Assembly (NCBI GenBank): GCA_003344405.1
Contig: NOWV01000118.1
Coordinates: 1 to 64,000, forward strand
Direction of reading: 5' to 3'
Length of the DNA: 64,000 bases
Source: Trichoplax sp. H2
Lineage: Eukaryota
Shown here one piece after another: positions 1 to 12,976 of this stretch. Numbering within the stretch: position 1 is the first letter of the stretch; each line of letters begins with the position of its first letter. The notes beneath the pieces are model-generated. The model worked only from the letters and a program-made list of their open reading frames with translations, did not search any database and was not told the DNA's origin. The position numbers were made by a program, and so were the translations under genes.

Positions 1-300
1 TACAAGAAGAATCGTTATTAATACCATTAGAATTATTTTCAATTTTAACAGCTATTTCTATATTCATATTATCGATAGTTTCGGAGTTCTACTCATTTAA
101 ATTAGATACTGATATCGCTACTATAGGTGAAAGGAGTGCCTATCTCATATGGTAGGAGGGAAATGCTGCTTGAAATGACCGGCATTATAAATATTATAAA
201 CTTTACTTTCAATCAAATGTAATACGGCATTGTAATATCTAGAGTAGCATGTTACTATCATATTTACGGCAAGTTCGAGAATAAGGCTTATTTAACATGT

Positions 301-850
301 TGTAATGTACAGTATATCTGTAAAGTAACTTATTATTGTGAAAGTAGACTATTAGCTATGTTTAGTATGATGTACGGTAGTGTTTTTTCTACATTTATCT
401 TATGATATAATTAGTAGCCCATAATTATAGACTGTAAAGATAGACTCCATGCTAGAGTACAGAGGACGATATACAGTAAGATGTTGAGCTAATAATAAGG
501 TTACAGGTAGAAATAGAATTGTAAATCATGTATTTGAGTAGTAGGAATAATAATGTCTGCAAAAATACTGTAATCATTTTTACATTGGATTAATGATGGT
601 TCGCAGTAAAATATTGTGACTAATAATAAGGTGAATATGTTTAAAATATGGTAGAATACTGCTATACAGATTGTAGCTGCTAAGGCTATGGAGAAAATAA
701 AAGCAAGACATTAGATTATCTGATTATTCTTTCTAGAAGTAATTCAGTAGATGTATTCGGCTAGAGTAGAGCGGTGTGTAGCTAGTCTTTGTATTAGATC
801 TAATAAAGTTCTAACTTTCTACAACTTTGAAATTTTCGTGATCGGATTTT
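301..850. mobile_element. Diverged copy of solo-LTR-like family A
   Basis: Begins tgtaatgta; collinear similarity to 5791-6342 and 11242-11793 (gctagagtacag, ggattaatgatgg, gtattcggctagagtagagc). Confidence 0.75.
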
Positions 851-1036
851 ACCCAATATTGTAAATAACTCTTGCTGATTTTGCTTATAATATTTTCACC
901 GTAAAGGGTTGTAAAACTCAAGCACTGCAAGACTGCTCAATTTAAGTAAGATTTCAGAGTTGCCGATAAACTAACGATACTATTAGAATAGTTCCCGAAT
1001 TTATGCAATGCCTTCCCAAAAGTCATTTTAACTCAC

Positions 1037-3967
1037 CTAGACTCAATATTCCAGTAGACACATTTAATAGTATAACTGTAATCCATCTGCGCAAAATTCA
1101 AAATCAATCGATTACTTTAATCTTAGTAATTCTTCTATTAACTTTAGAGGCAAGACTGATAAAGTGCTTTTCTTTACCCTACCGAGTTAGTTTTATCCTT
1201 AGTAGTAAGATTGGATGTTGAAAAAGTAAAAAATTCGCTGATGCCAATGGGTGGTAAAGGATTAACTTTGCAAATGACAATATCTGACATAAGGGATTTT
1301 CTAGCAGTTTAGAACAATAGAGAGGCTGAGTTTTTAAGCATTATTTTATAGCAGTAATATCTAATAGTAAATTCCATGCTACACGCTTATCGATAATCTA
1401 ATTCTGTGTTAATCATTCCATTTAAAGCTACCCTGAAAAAGAAACCTACTGTAGATTGGAGTTATCATTAAGTAGTTTATTTAGAAAGGCGTACTTTCCA
1501 GATACTATTTCAACTCGGCCGCCTAAAAAAAGAATAGCTCCTAAAATATCATTTTATTTAAAGGATATTGTGTACCGTAGCACGGTAAGAGAGAATTAAA
1601 TTGTAATAAACATGCTATAATGTTGATATTTCTAAGCTCTGAAATCTTAGGAAGAATAGAAATAAGTTTCATTATATATGTACGAGTAAAGAAATAGTAG
1701 AGTCTACCTGAATTAAAAGCACCATTAGAAAGCTGAATTGCAACTTTTTCTGTTCTAGATGAATTGTAAACTACTCGGTATCCTGTCATTCGAAATTCTG
1801 TTCCATTCTGAACTTGAATAGTAAGATTAGAACCTAGCAACATTAAGTACTAAATTATCTTATTTATTTACAATCATTAACAATAAATAGTATTAGTAAA
1901 ATGACTCTACATCGATAGTCTAAGGTATTCTACTAAAGCAATAAATTAACTCTTTAGCATACTTACAAGCCTCCTTGCAGTAAGATACACTAAAAGAAGC
2001 ACCTACTGGTAATGTAAGTGCAATTCTATTCCCGATTTCATTTATAATATTCATCTGAGTTGTAGCCTTCAAAGCATTCTAGAATATGAATACAATTATT
2101 ATTATCTTCTAGCTTTCAATAAGATATAAATTAATTCATATTAATGTACATATTTGAGAACTATATGATTCGCTTATGACTAGGAACTTTAAATTTTAAA
2201 TGTACGTTAGTCGAGCAAGTTTTTAATTGATATCGAGAATAGGTTGTAATAAACGCTAGCTCTTATTTTATTACGGATTGATTTTCTGATCGTGAACGTA
2301 GTTATTTATAATATACCTTAGAAGCATCAGTACCGGTAAACTTGGCGTTTAATGTGTCCATAAAATAAATAATAGTCTAGGAAAATATAACTGCTTCATT
2401 AATGACTAAAACTCCTATCTTTTAAGCTATAATCGATTCTAGGTCATACTAACCTCCAAAATATTTCGTTTTATATCTATAGTGGTATCATTTAAGATCA
2501 ATTTGTTGCTCATTATGGACAATCCGTCTATGTACGATTCAGCTTTATTTCCACTAAGTTCAGTGCTTAGATGGCGAACAGCATTAACAATGTAATTACA
2601 GTGAGCGCTATCGATCTTCTCTGCATTATAAATCTAGATCAATCGATAAAAATTATGCCAAAGTTTAATCTATAAGCAATATTAGCCTGCATGGATATTA
2701 AAATAAAACAATTGAAGTAAAATACTGATTCTAATGTCTACAATACAGAATAATATAAAAATTACAATCTAATAGCATGTCATACAAAGAAAAATCGGGC
2801 TCTTAACCGTAGGTAATAAATTTTAAGTTGTTATATTTTCCAAGCAACTTACATAATCCAAAATATTATCAATCTGAATCCCTTGCGATGCAGTTGTAGC
2901 AGAAATAGGATGAATGGAAGGTAATACAATACTTGATGTTAATAAGTTAGCACTTTCGATGCTCTGCAACATTAATTTTGAAGCATTGATATGGTGCTCA
3001 AGTGAAGATTTAATCCAACTTGGATTGTTCTTGGACGTTGATATGGAAGTTGATAATGCGGAGCTTCCTAGTACAGAATTAGGCTTGAAAAATTCAATCC
3101 AGTTATTTTTACTATAAGGCAACGTTGCTGAGACAGAAGTGATGGAGATTAAAGACGCGTTAATTGCATCATCTTCAATCATAAACGCAGGATACTCATT
3201 TTCAATTGATGAATCATCATATGCACTACTGGAGACGGCGTACTGTTTAGAACTATAAAGAGGCTCCAGTCCTATTTGTGTTTGCTGAGGAATTCCTAAA
3301 TTAAATTTCTGGACGGTGCTACTTTGCATATTATCAGATGTTGTATCCCATTTAAAATAATCAGACGAGTAAAAATTTAGTTGACCAATGGAACTAGGGT
3401 TGAACCATTCTCCAGAAGTAATGAAATTGCTTTTGCAAGAAGAACTTTCGATAAATAAGAAATGCGCGGATTTTGTAGAGCTACTTTTCGAGATCTGAAA
3501 CGATATATCATTCGATGATTCGTGTAAATTCAGTAAAATACTGTTTGATATATTTTGCCTTACATTAGTAGAGCTTGATAAAGAAGGAATGTAACTTTCA
3601 GAGGGAATCACACTTAGAGATACAAAGCTGTTTAAATTCTCTATCGACCTAGATATAGCGCCATCACTGCTAATGCTCGCAATCAAACTAGCACTACCAA
3701 CGTTATAACTATCTCCTAATGTGGAACTAACGGAATCAGTGTAAGAAATAGATGCTAACGAATCAGATGGTAGCCAAGACGTCAATGAATTATCGGTGCT
3801 CGCTGGTATGCTGCTACCTGTCATATAAAATATGGACGGAGTATCAACGACATTTGAGCTATGCTCATGCCATGTATGCAGAGCACTACGAGATTCAGCC
3901 ACTGAAGTATTTCCAATATCAGACAAGAATTCCAACACAGCCATACTGCTACTGCTAATGCGAATAT
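1037..3967 (-). CDS. Adhesion-GPCR-like (GAIN/GPS) protein, partial: Ser/Thr-rich stalk, GAIN domain and start of GPS motif; 7TM part presumably beyond the left edge of the window
   Basis: Phase-compatible GT-AG exons at ~2853-3967 (Ser-rich ORF), 2453-2633 (IYNAEKIDSAHCNYIVNAVRHLS...), 2317-2376, 1967-2078, 1708-1833 (SNLTIQVQNGTEFRM...), 1495-1522, 1183-1300 (KSLMSDIVICKVNPLPPIGISEFFTF...) and 1037-1086 (MDYSYTIKCVYWNIES). CVYWN matches the C-x-[FY]-W start of the GPS motif. Confidence 0.75.
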
Positions 3968-4389
3968 CTATAACATGAAATAATTAAAAACGGAACGAAC
4001 TAAATGTGAGCTTCGTTGATAAATCCAACTTATCAAAAACTCTAAAAATATTTACACCTATTTTCTTGTAAAACCAGCTGTATGGTTTGTATTACATCAG
4101 ATTACAATTATAATTATCACACAATCTGTCGTTAAATGTTTCTACGTTGAGTTTAATTTAAAATTTGAGAATTATAAAGATAATATATATGATACTAATA
4201 GCTAGATGCTTTAGTAATTTCTAGAGTAATACAAGCTATATTAGAACCCAAGCTCTATTCCATATAAATTACCGTAGGCTTTCTAGTGTCTAGCCTTTGA
4301 ATACCGGTAATGCATCTTAAGCGTTCACAATATAGTAGACCTGAATGCTAAATTTTCTGAAAGAATATTATACTATAGCTGTCTCTCTG

Positions 4390-5342
4390 TCACAAACCAG
4401 CTTCGTAACAAGGATAACGTAAAATAAATCTCTAAATCTGCGGATTCAGTATCCCTACTCACAAGAATTTAGACGCCTTTGATTCTACGTTAAACTCAAC
4501 TAGACAATTGAGAACTACTTTAATTCAACTATCTGACTGGTTTATATACCCTTCTACAGCAGCTAACATTCATGAGTCATCTTATAAAAATACTTAGGTC
4601 AGAACATCTACTGAGAACAGCAGGTGAGAATATCTACTAACTAATTTTTTCACTGTCAGACTACAATATGTCCATTCACAGAATCATTTCAGTGTATCTT
4701 ACAGCACAGCATTAAATTTATTGTAACACATTCATAATTAGAGTAATTCCTATTGTAAGTAACTAGTTGTTACAGTGTTAAATACTGTATTACAGTAGAA
4801 ATAACTATGTTAGGATAATTCTGTTAGACTATCCTTATTTAGTTAACTTCTAATTTGGATATACTGTATTTTAATATAGCACTGATTTTTTATGACAGTG
4901 ACACTTATACACATACTGAAATTAATAGTTATAATAGGGAATGCAAATCATCTGCTTACAGTTCGAATCATTGTGATTGTAATTTACTTATAGTAGACTG
5001 TAAATTATCATGGAAATGTTCCGTGATAGGACATATCGTAATCTGACTATTCTGTATTAGTCATTATATGTCTATGTTCATAAATACTGTTGTCTGCATT
5101 AAGGGAGCAGTAGCTAAAATTAATATCTAATTCAGTAAATGATTCTAATGTTAATTGTATTAACTATGACTCATGAACTATTGAGGAATAGTATATAAAT
5201 GCAGTATATCGTGAAATAAAGAAGAATTGTCCAACTTAGTGTTTAACGTAAAATACGAGGCGTTTAAGTCTTTGTGTAGTCTGCTAGTAGAGCAAAAGTG
5301 TTTGTGATAGTGCAGATATCGTTCCTTGATACGTGGTTCAAG
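4390..5342. mobile_element. Foldback/MITE-like dispersed repeat (family B) with long imperfect inverted arms
   Basis: 4400-4590 is an imperfect reverse complement of 5160-5340 (aagaatttagacgcctttgattctacgttaaac vs gtttaacgtaaaatacgaggcgtttaagtcttt; ttcatgagtcat vs atgactcatgaa). Related inverted copies at ~15230-15600 and ~20015-20225. Confidence 0.6.
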
Positions 5343-5362
5343 NNNNNNNNNNNNNNNNNNNN
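5343..5362. other. Assembly gap (20 N)
   Basis: Run of n; the following 5363-5580 nearly duplicates 4553-4770. Confidence 0.99.
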
Positions 5363-5790
5363 TCTACAGCAGCTAACATTCATGAGTCATCTTATAAAAA
5401 TACTTAGGTGAGAACATCTACTGAGAACAGCAGGTGAGAACATCTACAAACTGATTTTTTCACTGTCAGACTACAATATGTCCATTCACAGAATCATTTC
5501 AGTGTACATTACAGCATCGCATTAAATTTACTGTAACACATTCATAATTAGAGTAATTCCTATTGTAAGTAACTAGTTGTAATATATTATCGCTATATAA
5601 TATTTACCAAATTTAGATAGCTATTTCTTCACGGTAGTTCGTACCGTGACGCTCTCATTTATCCATAAATAACTTTATTAATTTATATACTGCTTAGCTT
5701 GTATTCTACTTAATCCTAATAAAAATCATTAAGCCTTTTCGTTTAAATTATAATTTAGAAGATGTTTTCAATTTCTAGTCTATCCCCAAT

Positions 5791-6342
5791 TGTAATGTGA
5801 CTTAGTAGTGTGATTGTAGACTGTTAGCCATGTGTAGTATAATGTACGGTAGATATTTATCCTAAGAGATATTTGGTAGCTGTAACTATAGACTGTAGTG
5901 GTAGAGACTCTATGCTAGAGTACAGATGACTATATACAGTAAGCTGTTGAGTTACTAATAAGGCTATAGGTAAAAATAGAACTGTAAATCATATATATTA
6001 GGATATGGTTAATTCATTGTACTTTGGCTGGTGTGAATAATGTCTACGTAAGTACTGTAGTCGTATCCATATTGGATTAATGATGGTCCGCAGTAGAATA
6101 GTCTTACTAAGAATAAGTTAACTATGTGTAAAATAAGGTAAAAAATTGCTATGCGGATTGTAGCTGCGAATGCTACGGAAAGTATAAAAGCATACAACTT
6201 TAGATCATTCTGTTAGTTCGTTCAAGAAGTCTTTAGAAGTAGTATTCGGCTAGAGTAGAGCTGTGTAGTTAATCTTTGTATAAGATTCAGTAAAGCCCTT
6301 ATTTTTCTAAAATTTGGAATTTCGTGATTGGTATATATCACA
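5791..6342. mobile_element. Solo-LTR-like element, family A
   Basis: tgtaatgtga...tatatatcaca; near-identical to 11242-11793. Flanks ccaat/gatat do not form a TSD. Confidence 0.85.
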
Positions 6343-6684
6343 GATATATTGAATATATATTAAAGAGAAACATAAACTTCTACGCATAAAATTTTATCGA
6401 AATTGGAAGTCAACATCTAAGCTATAGTTTTAAGTATATACAAGTTATTAAGTAATTCATATTAGGTCCCTTTTACCCTAGTTTTGTTGTTGTAGATGAA
6501 AACATTTTAATTATGATTAAATAATTAAGTTGTCCGAATAGATATCATTAGCAAATATATCATCTAAAAATTAATCATCCAGTTCCAATTGACAGTTTAC
6601 ACCTGCACACATGTGCTCAATTTTATCGATTCTTAAATTTATTTTTCTAATCCCAATTTCCGTTATTAATAATACTGTACGTAC

Positions 6685-7462
6685 CACTGAAAAGCCCTCT
6701 TTCTTGAATAGGTTTATTTCCTTTGAATAGCTGCGGTACCATTTACTGGTCGTAAGAGCATCATTAGATAGTTTCTAGGAATGGAATACGAATGCCAGTG
6801 ATCTATTGCTGCATTTTCTTTTATAAATTACGAACAGTAGTTGTGGATGATGAGAATGTTCTTACATTAAACTCAAATACTATCGAAATACTTATTACAA
6901 ATCGTACAGCGGCATAGTTAATATCATTCCATGATAAGTGATTTAGTATAGCATACATCGATTTAAAGGATAATGGCTAAAAATTAGTTGCCTAATTCCA
7001 TTCTTCACGAAATGTGTAGGCATACGTTTATTTATCGAAAAGATTTGTTTTATACTCCCCCTAAAACGACTATTTATACTATCGATTAATCTACTAATTT
7101 ATTTAATAATGGTAATAGCCATTACATTCTGTTTTACTAGAGTTTGATTAGTAATGTTGTTTCTTGTGCTAGGAGGTTATACTGATAAAAATCTGATCTT
7201 CTCCTATACGTATATAATGATTTTTAATATTCTAATATTTCGACTATTGATAACACTATCTATTTATCGCTTATTTCATTTAATAAAATTCAGTTCATGA
7301 CATCGGTTCTCTCTATAAAGAATTGCAAGCCTTCTTTTCTCTTTCGAGTGATTAATGTAATAGAAAATATCAATTTGATAAGACTGTACCCTACTTCCAT
7401 TAGTGCTCCTCAATTCAAGATAAGCATTTTACTTACTAAACGTTATAATTAGCAAAAGTAAC
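6685..7462 (-). CDS. Probable upstream exons of the adhesion-GPCR-like gene
   Basis: Open AG..GT-bounded exons at ~6866-6976 (PLSFKSMYAILNHLSWNDINYAAVRFVISISIVFEFN) and ~6685-6774 (KLSNDALTTSKWYRSYSKEINLFKKEGFSV), plus a hydrophobic micro-exon at ~7437-7462 (LLLLIITF). Connection to the 3967 exon is not resolved. Confidence 0.35.
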
Positions 7463-7954
7463 CTGAAAGAGTAAATATTAGATATATTTGACATTTGAAG
7501 AGGCTATAAGTATACGAGTATAGATAGAATCTATGGAGTCGATGTAAAGCTAGATCAGTAAAATTCTATATTCAGATATCATAAGATAAGTAGTTACAGC
7601 TAATGTTGAATGCAGTAAACTTTTGTGATATAATCGATCGAAATAATTCTAAATTTGTAAAAAATTAGAACGTAATTCGATTTTTATAGTGTTTATGCTA
7701 TGTCTATATTGATTATTAGTAACAGCACTTTACAGCGGAATACTACAATATAATCTAATTGATAACAGCGACAGTATTGACGTCGACATTATTCCTCCAA
7801 CCAAAATAAGATGAACTAACCATATCCTAAAAATTTGTGTTACATATATACTTTTAACTCTAGCATCAATAGCGACTCAATACTTATTATACTGTTGTAT
7901 TCAATAAGAAATGATAAATTTTAATTTATTATTATTAGACAATTTATCTTGTTA

Positions 7955-8241
7955 TTTAGTACTTCCCAAGATAGTCTAATAGATTATTTTCTGTTTCCGA
8001 AAATGAAGTAAAGCTTAAAAGGAAAGATATTTGAAGAAATTTAAGCTTAGGCAACAAAAGAAGTTAAATCTGTTGGTAAGGATGAATATTACAAAGCACA
8101 CGAAAACTGGCCAGCAAGATGGCAGTCCTGTTTAAAGGCCTATGGAGACTACTTTGAAAGAAACAAGCTTTAAATTTGTTAGTAGTTGTTTGTTTTCGTA
8201 TAATTGAACGTTTATCGAAATTTATTGAATGTAAAGGTATA
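7955..8241 (+). pseudogene. Tc1/mariner transposase C-terminal relic with probable 3' TIR
   Basis: 7982-8173 translates DYFLFPKMK*SLKGKIFEEI*A*ATKEVKSVGKDEYYKAHENWPARWQSCLKAYGDYFERNKL*, the mariner C-terminal pattern D[FY]FLFPKMK..LKG..F...W..RW..C....GDYFE, with 3 internal stops. Confidence 0.88.
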
Positions 8242-8324
8242 TGATCATCTGTACTCTAACATACTGTAGAATCTTTCATTACAGTCTATGGCTATTTTCG
8301 TTGTACCCTAAGTCTAAATATTGG

Positions 8325-8895
8325 TGTTAAGGAGCCATGCTCCGAAATATTAATTGCTATGTTAATTAAAATATCTCATTTAAATTATTGTTTGCTCCAG
8401 TAGCTTATTAGATATTAATGTTTATTAATAAGTACTTGTTATTGCCAAGGTATCAGAAAGTTCAATATTGTTGACGTGTCGGAGCTAAAACGCTTAGTCA
8501 GTAAACGTTAATTGATAACACCTTAAGTGTATACTAGGATATGTATACTGCACAGTGTAAGTCGCTATGTCAAGAATATTCACAAATGCACCATCGGCGT
8601 TGGCCAAGACTATAAAAAACCGAGCACTAGCCTAGCTGCTCAGTTCCATTTAGTCACTTGCAGGATCTTTTGACTATTTTTGCTAAGAATATTCTTACGT
8701 TTTTCTTTAGTACATTTTACGACTAAGATCAACGTAAATAAAGTGAAGTATTTAAACCTATTACTCATTAGTAGCTTATTTGTGTAGCTGAGAGTTAGTT
8801 CAACTACGATAGGTCCCTAAGTTAGTTGGGAACACGAGTACTAGTGAAGATAGTGTTTAAGACCCGGTTTCTAGTTAAAAAGGAGATTTGTAACA
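8325..8895 (+). mobile_element. Solo-LTR-like element, family C (571 bp)
   Basis: TGTTA...TAACA termini, perfect 5-bp TSD attgg (8320-8324 / 8896-8900), internal ctataaaaaa (~8610) and downstream aataaa (~8737). Confidence 0.8.
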
Positions 8896-8919
8896 ATTGG
8901 CTGAACATTCTACCGCATA

Positions 8920-9210
8920 TGTTCATCTGTACTCGAACACACTATAGAGTATTTAATTACAGATTATGGCTATGAGCTATTAAATATGCTTATGATAAAA
9001 TCCAATCACTAAAATTCCAAAGTTGTAGAAAATTAGAACTGTATTAAATATAACAAAAGACTAGCTACGCCCAACTCTACTCTAGCCGAATACAACTACT
9101 GAAAGACTTCTAGAAAGAACAATCAGATAATTTAATGCCTCCCGCTTTTATACTCTCCGTAGCATTCGCAGCTACAATCAGCATAGCAGCATTCTACCAT
9201 ATTTCATTAG
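8920..9210. repeat. Degraded, inverted fragments of family A
   Basis: catctgtactc..., ctctactctagccgaatac and gtagcattcgcagctacaatc match the reverse complement of family A; a further fragment lies at ~8243-8295. Confidence 0.7.
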
Positions 9211-11241
9211 CTACTTTATTCTATCTAGTGCTAGCGCTTTTCACTACTATAATTTATTAATCTTAAATTTTCCAATGAATAGCAAAATTCTCAATTTGCA
9301 TGCTCTATTTTATCTAGAATTGTTTTAAAATTTTTGTCCTTATTTTTTGTCCAGTATAAGCAATGTTGCAATCATTTCGTCTCTAATCTCTGAATATTTG
9401 ATCATAGTATAATTTCAATATACTTCTTCTGAGAATATTTTAATTTGCTCTGCTAATCTAGCCATCAATTATCAAGATTATTGCCTCCGAAATTCTAATT
9501 TGGCGCAACTGTTTTTGAAAATTTTTAAGTTACCTTTTCAGTTAGCCTATATTTAACCGCATCTTGACAGATCTATAAATAATAACGGTTTTAAACCATT
9601 ACAGATCAGTTACCCTGCTACGCTTCCTTAGTAATATTTTATCATATCTGTTGCAATACAACTTAAAATTCATTCTACACATTATATTTATCGAAAATTC
9701 CTTTATGATTACTCACACGACAGCATCATCTAATATTTTCTGTTCCTGTAATTAATATTTTACAAATGTAACTTTAACATACGATAATGGTTCTACGTGA
9801 ATAGATATTAACGATAGCCCTACTGTTTTTAATTTATTTCGATATTCCCTTCTGAATTTTCTTATCGTTTGGCATATTTGCATCTAAATGTTGTTATTCT
9901 TAAGCTTGTTGTCAATATACACAAAATCACTTGATAGAAAACTATGTTAGATCACTGGGATAACTAGATTTATTGCATTGGTTGTTTTACAGTAGACATA
10001 GCTTGTCATCAAGGTTAAATACCAGCTTATACACTCGATTGTATATAAATAAAAAAATAAGCCGTTCAGATTACACTAGACATAATTTTAATTTTTGCGT
10101 TAAACTTTCATTAAGTTATATGACTGATAAATAATTTTAGAAATTGATTAATACCAATTTTACTGATATTAGAGCGCATGCTTATGATATAACATATGTA
10201 TTTATTAGCTCTATGGAGTAACAGTTGAAATTTAAATTTAAATAAAGTAATATATTATCGGCCTCGGATGATTCGACTGTTACTTCATGGTTTGCGCAAA
10301 TAATCTTGCGGAAGAACATCGAAATAGTATTTAAGCTTAATATACGAAGTAATAAAATGAGTTCGATAATTTATCATTTAGGCCAAGGAGACAGTCTATA
10401 CTTGTTTCTGCCCTAAAACTTGAGTAAGAAGTTAATAGTTATTTTGGAATACTGATCTCGATAAGTTTATCAAGATAAAGAAGACCACAGAAATTTCTCC
10501 GATTAATTTTTGTGACGAGAATATATGGAAATTGGTGACAATACATGTTAATGAAGATGCATTTAACTTGTGTAAATTATTTAATTAATTCGGCAAGCAA
10601 ATTTTCATTTTTACCTTATCTCAATGCAAATAGAGAGTCAGTATAGTCTAGATCCTTAATTTGAAACATAGGCTACGATTCGTTTCCATTTCGATATAAT
10701 GCCAAGAGTTAAGGGCTAAGATATCGCATTATGATATTCGTATCGATTTATTTTAATTATGAGTAAGAATACGGATTATTGCCGAAATCGATAACTTCAA
10801 TTTTGAATGCGTAGATGATTGATGAAGTTAGGGTAACGAAATGTATAGATTGTAAATAATAATTCTAATAAAGTGTACAACCATTTGTCATCCAGTCTGA
10901 CAATATGCAAATTTAATAAAAATGTATTAAGATTATCAATCAATTGTTTCTGTTAGTCAACTGTAATGAACCTAATATACGGTGAGAGAGTAATGCCACT
11001 GTTTAATAGTTTCATTAATTATATCATGTATTAACATAAATATAGAGTATGACTTAGAGTTTGGAATGACATTATTTTCGCTACTTAATGTCAAATATTT
11101 GAAATAAGCGAAGTACATTGCAATTTTGCAATTTCCTATATCGTATTTCCAACAATACTATTTCCTCCCTAAATTTTAAGTGCGACTGTTGAATTCAGTT
11201 AGGATGCATTGTTTATATCAAATATTTGAAATAAGCGAAGT

Positions 11242-11793
11242 TGTAATGTAACTTAGCATTGTGATTGTAGACAGTTAGCCATGTTTAGTATAATGTACGG
11301 TAGATATTTATCCTAAGAGATATCTGGTAGCTATAACTATAGACTGTAGTGGTATGGACTCTATGCTAGAGTACAGATGACTATATACAGTAAGCTGTTG
11401 AGTTACTAATAAGGCTATAGGTAAAAATAGAACTGTAAATCATATATTAGGATATGGTTAATTCATTGTACTTTGGCTGGTGTGAATAATGTCTACGTAA
11501 GTACCGTAATCGTATCCATATTGGATTAATGATGGTCCGCAGTAGAATAGTCTTACTAAGAATAAGTTAACTATGTGTAAAATAAGGTAAAAGGTTGCTA
11601 TGCGGATTGCAGCTGCGAATGCTACGGAAAGTATAAAAGCATACAACTTTAGATTATTCTGTTAGTTCGTTCAAGAAGTCTTTAGAAGTAGTATTCGGCT
11701 AGAGTAGAGCTATGTGTAGTTAATCTTTGTATAAGATTGAATAAAGCCCTTATTTTTCTAAAATCTGGAATCTCGTGATTGGTATATATCACA
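11242..11793. mobile_element. Solo-LTR-like element, family A (552 bp) with 5-bp TSD
   Basis: tgtaatgta...tatatcaca termini; TSD gaagt (11237-11241 / 11794-11798). An uninterrupted copy of the target site is preserved at 11091-11148. Confidence 0.9.
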
Positions 11794-12976
11794 GAAGTAC
11801 ATTACAATTTTACAATTTCCTATATCGTATTTTCAGTAATACAATTACTATAAATTTGATTAAAAGATTGTAGTAATCAAAACGAATTATTACCGGCAAA
11901 ATATCAGCATACAAATACTATTATTTACGAGTAAGCAATTTTTTAAGTAATAATTTGTTTACATATATCTTATGTATAACGTGTCTCTAAGTACCGCTTG
12001 TAATCTTAAATATAATTGTTGGAAGACGATGCATAATTGAATAATAAAATTTTCCTTTAATATCTATAATATATTCATACTGTGTAAACGGTTTCTTACA
12101 CGGATAATTTCCTTGAAAGCAATATAGATGACAAGGTCAATAATTGAGAATACTCGTAGAATTAAATTAAAACTCCTGTTTATCGAATACCAACACATGT
12201 CTATGAGGAACAAGTTAGAAAGAGAAAAGAGATTAAATATAATAAATAATTTTTCATGCAGTTCAATTATCATGCATAGTTTCACGACATAGTATTGTAG
12301 ATAGATTGAATAAATGCACAATTGGTGCCAATTTATTGAATATCCAAATGGTAATAAAGTCCAGACTTTGAATATAATGATGGTCAGCCACCGTATATGG
12401 AATATTATGTAAGCTATTATTTGATTTTTTCAATGAGAATTGTAATTATGATTGTTGATGTCATCGTTGTTATGTCATATAGTCTTGATAATGGTCATCA
12501 ATACAACAATAGCAATTTATAGTAGATTAATGCTTTAACTATAAGAAATTTCCATTATTTAGCTATGACGCGGTTAATCTACAATAGAATATATTACTGT
12601 TGCTACTATGTCTTACTAACGTATTCATACAGTATAGAAATTAGCAAATAGACAGTTGAAATTTCATAAATTATATAAATCTATAATGATATGCTAACTG
12701 AACGATATTAATCGTATTGATTGCTCAAAATTGAATTGCATCTCATTATTGAAAAAAATCCCTTACAATTTATTTGACAGAAGGTTAACGAAGTTCGACG
12801 TGTTAGTAATAAACAAATTTCAAAAGAGTCTTTTTTCAAGCTAGCACATTTGTCTTTCCCTCTCAAGAAATATCATTTCAAGTATTTTTTAGTTTAAATA
12901 GACAGAAAGTAATATTTCGATCCATTGGCTTCATTACCTTCTGTGTTATTCAATTTTGAAGACTATAACGGATTTA

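Noticed and set aside
1390-1432. Extra exon VALNGMINTELDYR in the GAIN region
   Set aside because: Lacks a GT donor (ataagc) and runs into a stop; the flanking exons join in phase without it.
6009-6197. 62-aa ORF repeated three times (also 11458-11646, 26775-26963)
   Set aside because: Lies inside near-identical family-A copies and starts with TTG; its conservation just reflects recent transposition.
9250-10020. Purine-skewed, coding-looking minus-strand stretch (similar at 16230-16800)
   Set aside because: Multiple stops and no recognisable motif, so no call can be supported.
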